A DNA stretch of 64,000 nt from an uncultured Candidatus Saccharibacteria bacterium (GCA_963716565.1 OY970318.1:128830-192829), one strand, 5' to 3'; numbered from the stretch's first letter, positions 1-9,593 are shown. A program made the numbers and translations. Notes: generated by a model not told the origin, from the letters alone.

Positions 1-103
1 GTAAAAGTTCTGGTTTAAGAAGTTTGCGCTTCGGCAATTGCCGGAAACCAAGTCTGAAAGGAACTGCCTCCAACTATAAAAACTCTAATTTAGGGGGCTT
101 TTT

Positions 104-1192
104 ATGTCGACCACGGCAATTTTGGCAATTATAGCAGTACTAGTAGTTTTAATTGGTTTTGCCTTGTATGTGATTTACCAAAAAATCGGCGGGCTAAAAA
201 ACGACACCGCCGCCGGCCTAATTAAACAAGACATGACTAATCTAAGCGAGAACATCGAAAAGCTCAAAGATAGCCTAAACACCTCTGTTAACGAACGGCT
301 AGATAAAAGCCAAACTTTAATGCGTGATTCCATTCAAAAACAGTTTGGCGAAAGCGCTAAATTGATTACCGAGGTCACACAGCGTTTAGCCAAATTAGAC
401 GAAACCAATCGCCGAGTGGTAGATGTTGCCGACGAACTTAAAACCTTGCAAAACGTACTGCAAAACCCCAAACAAAGGGGCGTTCTGGGTGAATATTACT
501 TACAAACCGTTTTAGAAAACGTTTTACCGCCAGAGAGGTTCCAATTGCAATATCGCTTTAAAGACGGCGAAACTGTAGATGCTGTAATCTTTTTAGATAA
601 AAATAAAATGCTGCCGGTAGATTCCAAATTCAGCCTAGAAAATTACAATCGTTTAGTAGAAGAAAAAGATAAAGCCACTCGCGAAAAGTTGGTTGCGGCC
701 TTTAAGGCCGATTTAAAAAACCGCATAGACGAAACTTCCAAATACATCCGCCCAGCTGAGGGCACTATGGATTTTGCTTTTATGTTTATACCTAGCGAAG
801 CAATTTATTACGACCTACTTATTAACAAAGTTGGCGTTACCAGTACCAGCGCGCGCGATCTAATTGAATACGCTTTTAGGGATAAAAAGGTGATAATTGT
901 GAGCCCAACCAGCTTTATGGCCTATTTGCAAACAGTCTTGCAAGGCTTGCGTGGTTTACAAATAGAAGAACAGGCCAAAGAAATCCAAATACGCGTTGGC
1001 CAGCTGGGTGAGCACTTAAAAAGCTACGATTCTTACATGCAAAAATTAGGGATGAGTTTAGGCACAACAGTTAACCACTTTAATACTGCTCACAAAGAAC
1101 TCAAAAAAGTCGATAAAGACGTGGTCAAAATTGCTGGTAGTACTCCGGCTATAGAACCATTGCTGATCGATAAACCGCAAGCCGACGATTAG
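104..1192 (+). CDS. rmuC: DNA recombination protein RmuC
   Basis: 362-aa ORF with an N-terminal TM helix, a long coiled coil and a C-terminal RmuC-type region (DFAFMFIPSEAIYYDLL, VIIVSPTSFMAYLQTV). Confidence 0.85.
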   Translation: MSTTAILAIIAVLVVLIGFALYVIYQKIGGLKNDTAAGLIKQDMTNLSENIEKLKDSLNTSVNERLDKSQTLMRDSIQKQFGESAKLITEVTQRLAKLDETNRRVVDVADELKTLQNVLQNPKQRGVLGEYYLQTVLENVLPPERFQLQYRFKDGETVDAVIFLDKNKMLPVDSKFSLENYNRLVEEKDKATREKLVAAFKADLKNRIDETSKYIRPAEGTMDFAFMFIPSEAIYYDLLINKVGVTSTSARDLIEYAFRDKKVIIVSPTSFMAYLQTVLQGLRGLQIEEQAKEIQIRVGQLGEHLKSYDSYMQKLGMSLGTTVNHFNTAHKELKKVDKDVVKIAGSTPAIEPLLIDKPQADD

Positions 1193-1258
1193 CTTTACAT
1201 AAGTAGCATAATATGTTAGAATAGTTCTTGTTGGCAATCTTCCAAAGAGGGGTGTGCA

Positions 1259-1609
1259 ATGAGCAAGTTTTCTACTATTGTCGTCGTGCTTGTCGTGCTT
1301 TTGATCCTGGCGCTTATCATCGTGCCAATCGTCAAGGCGACTCACAGGGCAGATGTCGTGATTACGATCGACAACCTGCAGCCAGTTGCTGAGGGCGATG
1401 ACGGCAACTACCTCATCTGGGCAACGCGCGAAGACGGCTCGCAAGAGGTGTTTGAGTGCACAGATAGCCTGTACTTGGGTAAGTTCAACTCTAGTGATGT
1501 CTACGGGCAGCTAGAAGTTGGCAGTACCTACAAGGTACAGGTAGCAGGTTTCCGTTGGCCGTTCAGGTCTTGGTACCGCAATATCATCAAGATCTACTCT
1601 GAAGAGTAA
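1259..1609 (+). CDS. hypothetical membrane-anchored protein (G/C-rich orphan)
   Basis: 116-aa ORF with an SD (agagggg) 6 nt upstream, an N-terminal TM helix and G/C-ending codons unlike its neighbours. A hairpin plus T-run follows at 1644-1669. Confidence 0.55.
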   Translation: MSKFSTIVVVLVVLLILALIIVPIVKATHRADVVITIDNLQPVAEGDDGNYLIWATREDGSQEVFECTDSLYLGKFNSSDVYGQLEVGSTYKVQVAGFRWPFRSWYRNIIKIYSEE

Positions 1610-1704
1610 CCGACAAAAGTCCATTCAATTTGAGTGGCTCGCCGACCGAGAACGGTCATTTTTCTTTTTACATGGTATTATTTATTTGAAGACAGGAGGG
1701 TGAT

Positions 1705-1923
1705 ATGAAGGAAAAAGTTAAGAGAGAGATGAAAATGGACATTAATTGTTGCACTGGCAAGCACAAAGATAAGGCTAGCTGTGGCGGAGCCTACTTTTTA
1801 GGCTTTTTAGGCGCCGTTATCTATTTTGTGCAGCAAATCGATGGTTTTTGGCCTGGTGTTTTAGCTTTTCTAAAAGCTATTGTTTGGCCAGTTTTTGTGG
1901 TTTACCACCTGTTAGGCCTCTAG
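1705..1923 (+). CDS. small membrane protein, hypothetical
   Basis: 72-aa ORF with a strong SD (aggaggg), a Cys-rich N-terminus and two hydrophobic helices. Confidence 0.5.
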   Translation: MKEKVKREMKMDINCCTGKHKDKASCGGAYFLGFLGAVIYFVQQIDGFWPGVLAFLKAIVWPVFVVYHLLGL

Positions 1924-2061
1924 CTTAACCAAATATCCAATATTTCTATACTCGGCTAAAATGCTCGAGTGCTATTGAATATTACCTACAAATATGATAT
2001 TATATGTGTGATACTGCCATCGTAACAAATAGCTCGATGAGCTAGGACGCAAGGAGTGGTA

Positions 2062-2367
2062 ATGGTGGCGTATGGAGATTTGCAGACCCAAATAGGGAAC
2101 TGCATCAAGGAGCACCGGTTCGCTGACTTGTGGGATATTTGTGCAAAGCACAGTATCTCGCAGGAAGAGGTCCGGGCTGCGGTTATAGCCTTGGAGGGCA
2201 ACCTGGATGCTGTGGCGTACTACGTCACAAAGAGGGCGCAAGACCAATGTAGCGAAAAGGCCGCCTTAGGGCTGGCCAGGGTCGAGCTCGAAAGCATCAA
2301 AGCCCGTTCGGGCAAAGACCGCCAAGACAAGGGCGACGCGGATCTTCTGATGACGCTCTTGGGCTGA
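2062..2367 (+). CDS. hypothetical protein (G/C-rich orphan)
   Basis: The ORF track gives 2056-2367. ATG 2062 sits 6 nt after SD aaggag. The promoter is TTGAAT-17-TATTAT at about 1974-2002. The ORF is followed by three abutting hairpins at 2398-2471. Confidence 0.5.
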   Translation: MVAYGDLQTQIGNCIKEHRFADLWDICAKHSISQEEVRAAVIALEGNLDAVAYYVTKRAQDQCSEKAALGLARVELESIKARSGKDRQDKGDADLLMTLLG

Positions 2368-2504
2368 CCCAAATGTTCTTGGATCGGCAAGCGTTTGCTG
2401 GGGAGTACATAAACCCCAGAGGCCAACTGTATAAGTTGGCCGCAGTTGCGGCGGGCGAGTGGGCTCGCCGCTATTTAATTTGTTTAAATTTAGTCTACAC
2501 ATAA

Positions 2505-2533
2505 TAGACAATAAGCATATTATCTGGTATAAT
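2505..2533 (+). promoter_or_regulatory. sigma70-type promoter with extended -10 (TAGACA-17-TGgTATAAT)
   Basis: The hexamers and 17-nt spacer were read directly. SD taggagg and GTG 2583 lie downstream. Confidence 0.55.
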
Positions 2534-2582
2534 ATACCTAATACACGTATTCGCCCTGGCAACTACACATTAGGAGGAAACA

Positions 2583-3023
2583 GTGGAGGAATCGTTGTAT
2601 AGCAAGTTGGTGGACGTAGTTCACGATGCTTTTGGGAAACAGCCACTACGTTCAACGGAGTGGCTACGGTTTCTTCAGCAGCATGGTGCGGGCATGTCGG
2701 ACTACTTCAACGCCTACTCGGTGTTAGAAGGTGCCGATGAGATTGCGCTCTACTTGGTGCTAATAGGTGCTGGCTGTTCTAGCGGCGCGGCTCTGGCCGT
2801 TGCACTGGATACTCACCTGTACGCCAAGCTGTACGCTGGCCTGGACGACAACGCCGCTCGGCGGGATAAGAAGTCCGCTAAGGCTTTCGAGCGATCGACA
2901 AGGGTGATCCTGTACGATGCCTTGGCAGCCAACAAGCGTGGCGAGTACGCCAAGCTGTCGGTGCAAGAGCGCCGTCAGTTTGTCACCGAGGTCCTGGCCG
3001 ACTGGGTATCTTCTCGCCAGTAA
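2583..3023 (+). CDS. hypothetical protein (G/C-rich orphan)
   Basis: 146-aa ORF with a GTG start after SD aggagg and strongly G/C-ending codons. No family was recognised. Confidence 0.55.
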   Translation: MEESLYSKLVDVVHDAFGKQPLRSTEWLRFLQQHGAGMSDYFNAYSVLEGADEIALYLVLIGAGCSSGAALAVALDTHLYAKLYAGLDDNAARRDKKSAKAFERSTRVILYDALAANKRGEYAKLSVQERRQFVTEVLADWVSSRQ

Positions 3024-3098
3024 AGGCATCAAGAAGTGCCCGATGCCCAATCTTGCATCACAGACATTTTGCCGGTTTAAGTCTTTAAAAAAACCGGT

Positions 3099-3150
3099 GT
3101 AGTCGTAGATTGTTTTATCTGCCTGACGAGCTCAAAAAGAGCGAAACTAC
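3099..3150 (+). ncRNA. hammerhead ribozyme, type III topology (cleavage predicted after C3104)
   Basis: Reads GUAGUC|GUAGAU-UGUUUU-AUCUGC-CUGACGA-GCUC-AAAAA-GAGC-GAA-ACUAC. The full core is present: CUGANGA, GAA, the A15.1-U16.1 pair and a GUC cleavage triplet. Stems I, II and III have 6, 4 and 5 bp. Confidence 0.85.
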
Positions 3151-3915
3151 CTACTTATGCGTCAAAATAAAGTTAACGGTATCAGAGTATTCTGTTTTTG
3201 CTTTAATTGGCTTTAGCGGCTTTTGGGCCTCTAAGCTAAATGTTAGGGCTGAATTTAAAGAATCTTGCTCGCTGTGTCTTTCTAGCCCCTTTAGCTCATC
3301 AATATTACTTTGTTTTTCTTTATAGCGTTTGATATTGTCAAAGCCCAGCGCTTTTACGGTTTCATCTAAGGCTTCAAAATCCCATAGGTATTTGTGGCCA
3401 AAACCAATGAAGCTGGTGTTTAAAAACTCCGAGCCTAACATTTTATGGCGTTTTTTGTAGATTGGCTTTTTTATATCCGGAACAATTCGCTGCTGGAGTT
3501 TTAAGAAACTTTCCAACACCCTTTTATCTTTATTCACATAGGCTTTACAAATTGCCTCTAAGTCTGGCATAGATATCCGTATTATGCCACCGGGCTTTAA
3601 TACCCTGTATATTTCGTGTAAGTGTTTTACGGTTTGTTCGTAGCTTAGGTGCTCTAAAAAATGTTCCGAAAAAGCGTAATCAATAGAGCTATTTTTAAAT
3701 GGCAACTTTTTTAGGGCGTTAAAATAAACATCACCAGTCCAGATATCTGCTGTTAGCCACCCCGGCTGCTTAACTGGCAGTTCGCCAGGGGCTAAGTGGA
3801 GTTTTCTGACAGCATTGCTGTTTAAATACTCTCTAATTTTAAAATATCTAACCAGATGCCCCTTTTTTAGTTGGTGCTTTATTCTGTTTGATCTATGTAG
3901 CCATTGCCCGGTCAT
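3151..3915 (-). CDS. class I SAM-dependent methyltransferase
   Basis: 254-aa ORF with a Methyltransf_11/23-like motif (LKPGGIIRISMPDLE) and the surrounding Rossmann pattern. Confidence 0.65.
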   Translation of the reverse strand: MTGQWLHRSNRIKHQLKKGHLVRYFKIREYLNSNAVRKLHLAPGELPVKQPGWLTADIWTGDVYFNALKKLPFKNSSIDYAFSEHFLEHLSYEQTVKHLHEIYRVLKPGGIIRISMPDLEAICKAYVNKDKRVLESFLKLQQRIVPDIKKPIYKKRHKMLGSEFLNTSFIGFGHKYLWDFEALDETVKALGFDNIKRYKEKQSNIDELKGLERHSEQDSLNSALTFSLEAQKPLKPIKAKTEYSDTVNFILTHK

Positions 3916-3919
3916 AGGT

Positions 3920-4420
3920 TTACCTATAATTCGTAAACCAGATAGGGAAGTCGTAGTTTTGGTTCCATAACAAGTCTATAACGGCCTGCAACTCATCTTT
4001 CTTAGAGCTCATAACTCGAATTTCTTCGCCTTGAATCTGGGTTTTGACTTTGGGGTATTTATCTCTGATTAAGCTAGTAATTTTTTTGGCTCTTTCTTGG
4101 TCTAATCCGCGTTTTAGGGGCACAATTTTAGTCGTTACAAAATTATTGGTAGTTGGCTCTTTGGATGTATCTAAAACTTTTTGACTTTGTTTTCGTAGAG
4201 CCAGTTTTTTACGCACAATGTCTAAAATGGCATCTAAGTGGAAGTCGTTTTCGCCGATTATTTTTAGAGCCGTTTTGGTATCGTCAACCCATTCTAGGCT
4301 GGATTTGGTATCTTTTAAATCGTATCTATTGGCAATTTCGCGCCGGGCTTGGTCTACCACATTATTAAGCTCGGCCTTATCATAATCACTTACTAAGTCG
4401 AAAGAAAATAAACTGCTCAT
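3920..4420 (-). CDS. yajQ: YajQ family nucleotide/cyclic-di-GMP-binding protein (UPF0234)
   Basis: 166 aa. N-terminal SFDLVSDYDKAELNNVVDQARREIANRYDLK and C-terminal FTNYR are typical of YajQ. Confidence 0.85.
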   Translation of the reverse strand: MSSLFSFDLVSDYDKAELNNVVDQARREIANRYDLKDTKSSLEWVDDTKTALKIIGENDFHLDAILDIVRKKLALRKQSQKVLDTSKEPTTNNFVTTKIVPLKRGLDQERAKKITSLIRDKYPKVKTQIQGEEIRVMSSKKDELQAVIDLLWNQNYDFPIWFTNYR

Positions 4421-4445
4421 ATTGCGATTATACAGGCAACGGCTA

Positions 4446-5960
4446 TTAAGGTGAATATACCGTTATGGTTAGATAGTTATCTTTGTCTCGCAGCTCATTA
4501 GCGGTGTAGGTTTTTGGCAACTCATCTTTCCAGCGGGAATCTTTATCGATGGCTAAAAAGGTGGCATCATCATTCAGGGTGCACGAAGGCGATAAATCAT
4601 TCTTCTGGCTGTAATATGCTATTTGTAAGGGTTTCTGGTTTGTCAAATAATCAATAGTCCACTTGGTATGAAACGTGCTACCTAACACGCAGTACTTATT
4701 TTGTGGATTTTCTAAAATATACTCAGCTGCCTCGCTGGCATTGTAAAAATAAGCTTCCTTGGTTTTATCTGCGACGGCCCATCTTTGAAAATAGCCTGTA
4801 TAGCTAGAATAGGCTGTAAAGAGGTATATAAGGCAGACTGCTGATGGTATCAAAATCTTGAGCATTCGTTGTTTGGCTTTGATATTTAACAGCAGGTTAA
4901 AACCGTAGGCTGTTATGGTGACCAAAAATGGCAAAGCCCCTATGTTTCTTAAATAATGCGGGGCATTATGGTAACCGATAAAGCCGGGCACTAACATTAG
5001 CAACAGCCAGCTGGCGCAAAAAAGAACTTTTTTATCTCGTTTTTTGTATGCCCATACCAAGGCGCCTACAAAAAATGGTGCCACCACGTAAGACAGAGCC
5101 GGTTGGGCAAAGGTATTGTGCCGAGGCTCACCATCGCCTTTTATAAAGAACATAGCTGCCGTTTTGGCAGAAGTAACCGCTACGGCTCTGGGTACAGAAG
5201 GGGCATTTAAGATGCTAATGTCTCCACGAGTTGCAAAATAATCGGGGTGTCTTAGATATGTAGTAGCTATTGGAACCAACACAATCAAGGTAGTTAGCGA
5301 AGCAAGAACTATTGCCTTACGAATTTTTGGACGCTTAAAGAATGCCCATGCGACAAACATCAAAACAAACAAAAAGTAGAATCTGTAAGAGGTGTAAGTA
5401 TAAGCGCCTAGGCCAAAGAATAATCCTGCTAACATTGGCCAAAGTACTAGGCGGGGCTTTTTGTATGCTATACCAGCCATCCATACGGATAGACAAACAA
5501 TTAGCGGAAATAAGTTAGCCCTAAAACCGTCCCGGCTTACGACAATGGCCCATGGCAAGAGGGCATATAACAGGGCCGCTAAAAAGCCGATTCTCTTGCC
5601 AAAAAAATGCTTTACGGCGCAATATAAAACGATTGTTGTAATAATGCCAATGATTGCTGGCGCGATACGTAAGCCAAAAATTGTATTACCAAAGATTAGT
5701 ACCCCGATTGATTGTAAATAAAAAAACAGCGCTTCGCGGTAGCCATTAAGAGGATAAATTGTCTGCCAGTTACCCTTAAATATATTTTGTAAAATATCCA
5801 GCCCATTAGCGGCCTCGTCGCCATATAGACCTGGGGGTGTGGTGTTAAGGTGGTATAACCTAAAAAAACCACTTACAAGCAATAGGACGAGGATAGCAAT
5901 AATTTCTATTTTATGTTTTTTAATATAGCTGTACATCTTTTGCACCTGACGCCCCTCCAA
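4446..5960 (-). CDS. ArnT/GT39-like membrane glycosyltransferase
   Basis: 504-aa polytopic membrane protein with the N-terminal pattern LYHLNTTPPGLYGDEAANG typical of the GT39/GT83 (PMT_2) family. The start is uncertain (5960, 5945 or 5936). Confidence 0.65.
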   Translation of the reverse strand: MEGRQVQKMYSYIKKHKIEIIAILVLLLVSGFFRLYHLNTTPPGLYGDEAANGLDILQNIFKGNWQTIYPLNGYREALFFYLQSIGVLIFGNTIFGLRIAPAIIGIITTIVLYCAVKHFFGKRIGFLAALLYALLPWAIVVSRDGFRANLFPLIVCLSVWMAGIAYKKPRLVLWPMLAGLFFGLGAYTYTSYRFYFLFVLMFVAWAFFKRPKIRKAIVLASLTTLIVLVPIATTYLRHPDYFATRGDISILNAPSVPRAVAVTSAKTAAMFFIKGDGEPRHNTFAQPALSYVVAPFFVGALVWAYKKRDKKVLFCASWLLLMLVPGFIGYHNAPHYLRNIGALPFLVTITAYGFNLLLNIKAKQRMLKILIPSAVCLIYLFTAYSSYTGYFQRWAVADKTKEAYFYNASEAAEYILENPQNKYCVLGSTFHTKWTIDYLTNQKPLQIAYYSQKNDLSPSCTLNDDATFLAIDKDSRWKDELPKTYTANELRDKDNYLTITVYSP

Positions 5961-6046
5961 TATGTAATAACTTTAGCATCTTTCATAAAATATATTAATT
6001 TGTCATTAAGCGGTTGGCATTCAACATTCTAAGCAATACAGGTATA

Positions 6047-7096
6047 ATGAATAAAAATATGGCCGCTACTTTTGCAGAAATCACCAAGACACAAGAATCG
6101 CTTAAGCTCAAGTTTGCCAAACTAGAAGATAAGTCGGCAATTTTAAAAGATGCCGAATTTAGAGCTTTGCTTAATGGTATTGCCAAACAACCAACCGAGC
6201 AGCGGGCGGCCTATGGGCGAGCAGTTAATGAACTAAAACAAGAGATTTTAAGTTGGCTAAACCAGGCTGGCAGTAGCGTGACGCACCTAACGCCAATCGA
6301 CATCACTGCGCCGTTTGATGTAAATAGCAAACCAGCCGACAGGCCACGTTTGCTGGGTAGCGACCAAGGCAGTACCCATCCGTTAATGGCCGAGCTAGAT
6401 AATATTTTAGATATTTTTTACCGAATGGGCTTTGAGGCGGTAGAGTCGCGTCAAATTGACGATGATTACCATATGTTCGAAGCCTTAAACTTCCCAGCTG
6501 GCCACCCCGCCCGCGACGATTATGATAGCTTTACGACTACCGATGGCTTAATCGCCCCGGCTCATACCAGCACTATGCAAAACAGGGTGTTAAAAGCCAA
6601 CAAAAAGAACCTAGAAAACGGTGAAGCTATCGCCACAGTTATACCGGGCCGAGTTTTTAGAAACGAAGATTTAGATGCTCGCCACGAGCATACTTTTTAC
6701 CAAATCGAAGGCGTTTATGTAGGTAGGGGCGTTAATACTGGTCACTTAATTGCTACCTTAAAAACTTTCTTGCAAGAATATTACCAACAAGAACTAGATG
6801 TTCGCACTCAGCCATTCTATTTCCCATTCACCGAACCTAGTTTTGAGTTTGCCTTAAGTTGCCCGTTCTGTAAAAAGAAGGGCTGTAACATTTGTGGCCA
6901 AGAGGGCTGGATAGAACTTATTGGCTGTGGCTTAATTCACCCCAACGTTCTAAAAGAAGCCGGCATTGACCCCAAAGTTTATACCGGCTTTGCCTTTGGG
7001 CTAGGGATTGATCGCTTGGTAATGATGAAATATAACATAGAAGACATCCGCCATTTTGAAAGTGGTAAGCTAGAATTTTTGAGGCAATTCAAATGA
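6047..7096 (+). CDS. pheS: phenylalanine--tRNA ligase alpha subunit
   Basis: Class II aaRS motifs (FPAGHPARD, GRVFRNE, GFAFGLGIDRL). ATGA overlap with pheT. The start is ambiguous (6014, 6047 or 6059); a TTCAAC-17-TATAAT promoter ends at 6048. Confidence 0.9.
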   Translation: MNKNMAATFAEITKTQESLKLKFAKLEDKSAILKDAEFRALLNGIAKQPTEQRAAYGRAVNELKQEILSWLNQAGSSVTHLTPIDITAPFDVNSKPADRPRLLGSDQGSTHPLMAELDNILDIFYRMGFEAVESRQIDDDYHMFEALNFPAGHPARDDYDSFTTTDGLIAPAHTSTMQNRVLKANKKNLENGEAIATVIPGRVFRNEDLDARHEHTFYQIEGVYVGRGVNTGHLIATLKTFLQEYYQQELDVRTQPFYFPFTEPSFEFALSCPFCKKKGCNICGQEGWIELIGCGLIHPNVLKEAGIDPKVYTGFAFGLGIDRLVMMKYNIEDIRHFESGKLEFLRQFK

Positions 7097-9591
7097 AAAT
7101 ATCGCTTAATTGGGTGAAGGAATTTACTTCGGTAAAAGTACCAAATGATGAGTTGTTGGCTAAAATTGGCGCCCAACTTGGGGCCGTAGAAGAAGTAACC
7201 GATCTGGGCAAAGCTTACAAAGGCATCGTGGTTGTGAAGGTTGTAAAAGTAAGCGAACATTCCAATGCCGACAAGCTTCATGTTTGCTTGGTTGATGATG
7301 GTGGAGTTAACAAAGATGTTAAGCGCGACGGGCAAGGCTTTGTGCAAGTTGTTTGTGGAGCGCCAAATGTGGCCGAGGGTCAGTTAGTTGCCTGGATTCC
7401 ACCTGGCTCAATTGTGCCATCTACCCATAAGTATTCCGAGCAGATGGTTATTGATTCTCGCGAGGTGCGCGGCGTAATAAGCTATGGCATGTTGGCCAGC
7501 GCCAAAGAACTGGCACTGGGCAGCGACCATAACGGCATTATGGTTATAGAAGACGACGTTAAGCCCGGTACATCGCTTATAGAGCACTATCGACTTAATG
7601 ATTTAATAATCGATATCGAAAATAAGATGTTCACTCATAGGCCAGATTGTTTTGGGATCTTGGGTGTAGCCCGCGAAATCGCCGGTATTCAAAATATTGA
7701 ATTCAAAAGTCCGACCCATTACCTAAAAGCCGATTTGCCTACTAACCCTAAAGAAACCACTTTGCCAATTGCTATTAAAAATGAATTGCCAGATTTATGC
7801 CCGCGCTTTATGGCAGTGGCTATGAGCGACATCAAAATTAAACCCAGCCCAGCCAAACTACAGGCTTATTTAACGCGTTTGGGTGTTAGGCCAGTAAATA
7901 ACGTGGTAGATATTACTAACTATGTAATGTTGCTAACTGGCCAACCGCTTCATGCTTACGACTACGATAAAGTTTTAGCAATGGATAAGGGTGCTAAAGT
8001 GGCCACGATAGGTGTTCGCTACCCTAAAAAAGACGAAGAGTTGTTACTGTTAAACGGCAAAAAAATTAAACCGCACGAAAAGGCCATGCTTATAACTTCT
8101 GAAACTACCGCTTTGGGCTTAGCTGGCGTTATGGGTGGCGGTGATACCGAAGTAAGCGATAGTACCAAAAATATTTTATTAGAATGCGCCGTTTTTGATT
8201 TATATAGCATCCGTAAAACTTCTATGCAAAACGGTGTATTTACCGATGCCGTAACTCGTTACAGCAAAGGCCAAAGCCCATTGCAGTGCCCTTGTGTGTT
8301 GGCTCACACCGTTGCAGTATTACAAGAATTGGCCGAAGCCAAAGTCGCTAGCCCAGTTATTGACGATGACCATTCCAAGGCCATTCCGGCCGTATCTGTA
8401 AAAGCTGATTTTATTAATCAAAGGCTAGGTTCTGGCCTAGAGCCAGCCGAACTTGCCCAATTATTAAAAAATGTGGAATTTAACGTTACGGTTAATGGCA
8501 ATAATTTAACCGTACAACCACCGTTTTGGCGCATGGATATTGCCATCGCCGAAGATGTTGTAGAAGAAATTGGTCGCTTGTATGGTTACGATAAGCTGCC
8601 ACAAGAATTGCCAGCCCGTACTCTAAAACCGGCTGAACGCAATGACATGTTTGAGCTTAAAGCGGCTGCCAGGAAAATCCTTAGCGCCGCCGGTGCCAAC
8701 GAAGTTCTAACTTATAGCTTCGTGCACGGTAATACCCTAAAAAAAGCTGGTCAAGATACCAATAAGGCCCTTGCTTTGGGTAATGCTTTGAGCCCAGATT
8801 TGCAGTATTACCGCCTTAGCTTACTGCCAAGCTTGCTAGAAAAAGTACACTCTAACATCAAAGCCGGTTTTGATAATTTTGCCTTGTTCGAAATGAACAA
8901 AGTGCACATTAAAGACTGGCTAGACGCTGAACATTTGCCCAAAGAAGAAAATCGCCTAGGCTTCGTTTATGTTGATAGCAATCAGCCAAAAGACCAATCA
9001 GCATATTATTGGGCATTAAATTATGTTGCGAATCTTTTAGGTCCAATCCGCATTAGTGCTGAACTTATTGATTTGCCAAGTAAAGCCGAGCTGGCCATTA
9101 ATGAACAATTGGTGGCGCCTTTTGCCAAAGGACGTACAGCTGTTATTGTCGCAGATAGTGGTGAGCTATTGGGTGCAATGGGCGAATTTAAGCCCCAAGT
9201 CGCTAAAGAATTTAAATTGCCACCTTTTTGTAGTGGTTTTGAGCTAGATTTAGATGTGTTGCTAAAACATCAAGAAAAAGTTTCTGATTACCGGTCTTTA
9301 GCCAAATACCCCAAAGTTGAGCAAGACATTACTCTGCAGGTTGATGCCGACTTGGCGTATATAAAAGTAATGCAGAATTTAGCGGATGCCATTTGGAAAC
9401 TGACGTGTGACCTTCGAAGAATAACAGTAACCGATATCTACCAGCCAGATGACGACAAAGCCCACAAAAATGTTACGTTTCACGTAACTGCCAGTTCCGA
9501 TGGAAAGACCCTAAAAGCCGAGGAAGTAAACGACTGGCTAGATAAAGCAGCCGAAAACTTAGGCAAACAAATTGGCGCTAAGCGCATCTAG
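7093..9591 (+). CDS. pheT: phenylalanine--tRNA ligase beta subunit
   Basis: 832 aa with N-terminal MKISLNWVKEF, tRNA-binding, B3/4, B5 and FDX-ACB-like regions. Confidence 0.9.
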   Translation: MKISLNWVKEFTSVKVPNDELLAKIGAQLGAVEEVTDLGKAYKGIVVVKVVKVSEHSNADKLHVCLVDDGGVNKDVKRDGQGFVQVVCGAPNVAEGQLVAWIPPGSIVPSTHKYSEQMVIDSREVRGVISYGMLASAKELALGSDHNGIMVIEDDVKPGTSLIEHYRLNDLIIDIENKMFTHRPDCFGILGVAREIAGIQNIEFKSPTHYLKADLPTNPKETTLPIAIKNELPDLCPRFMAVAMSDIKIKPSPAKLQAYLTRLGVRPVNNVVDITNYVMLLTGQPLHAYDYDKVLAMDKGAKVATIGVRYPKKDEELLLLNGKKIKPHEKAMLITSETTALGLAGVMGGGDTEVSDSTKNILLECAVFDLYSIRKTSMQNGVFTDAVTRYSKGQSPLQCPCVLAHTVAVLQELAEAKVASPVIDDDHSKAIPAVSVKADFINQRLGSGLEPAELAQLLKNVEFNVTVNGNNLTVQPPFWRMDIAIAEDVVEEIGRLYGYDKLPQELPARTLKPAERNDMFELKAAARKILSAAGANEVLTYSFVHGNTLKKAGQDTNKALALGNALSPDLQYYRLSLLPSLLEKVHSNIKAGFDNFALFEMNKVHIKDWLDAEHLPKEENRLGFVYVDSNQPKDQSAYYWALNYVANLLGPIRISAELIDLPSKAELAINEQLVAPFAKGRTAVIVADSGELLGAMGEFKPQVAKEFKLPPFCSGFELDLDVLLKHQEKVSDYRSLAKYPKVEQDITLQVDADLAYIKVMQNLADAIWKLTCDLRRITVTDIYQPDDDKAHKNVTFHVTASSDGKTLKAEEVNDWLDKAAENLGKQIGAKRI

Positions 9592-9593
9592 CG

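Noticed and set aside
1597-1603. CUGAAGA heptamer (a hammerhead-core look-alike) at the end of ORF 1259-1609.
   Set aside because: No stem II hairpin followed by GAAA, and no stem I or III partners. It is a chance match in coding sequence.
2347-2353. CUGAUGA heptamer near the stop of ORF 2062-2367.
   Set aside because: The downstream GGG-CUGA-CCC hairpin is not adjacent to the core and is not followed by GAA(A). There is no stem I hairpin upstream.
7090-7096. Possibility of an alternative genetic code (UGA recoding, as in some CPR lineages).
   Set aside because: TGA terminates well-conserved genes at the expected length (for example pheS, with its ATGA overlap onto pheT), and conserved proteins contain no in-frame TGA.
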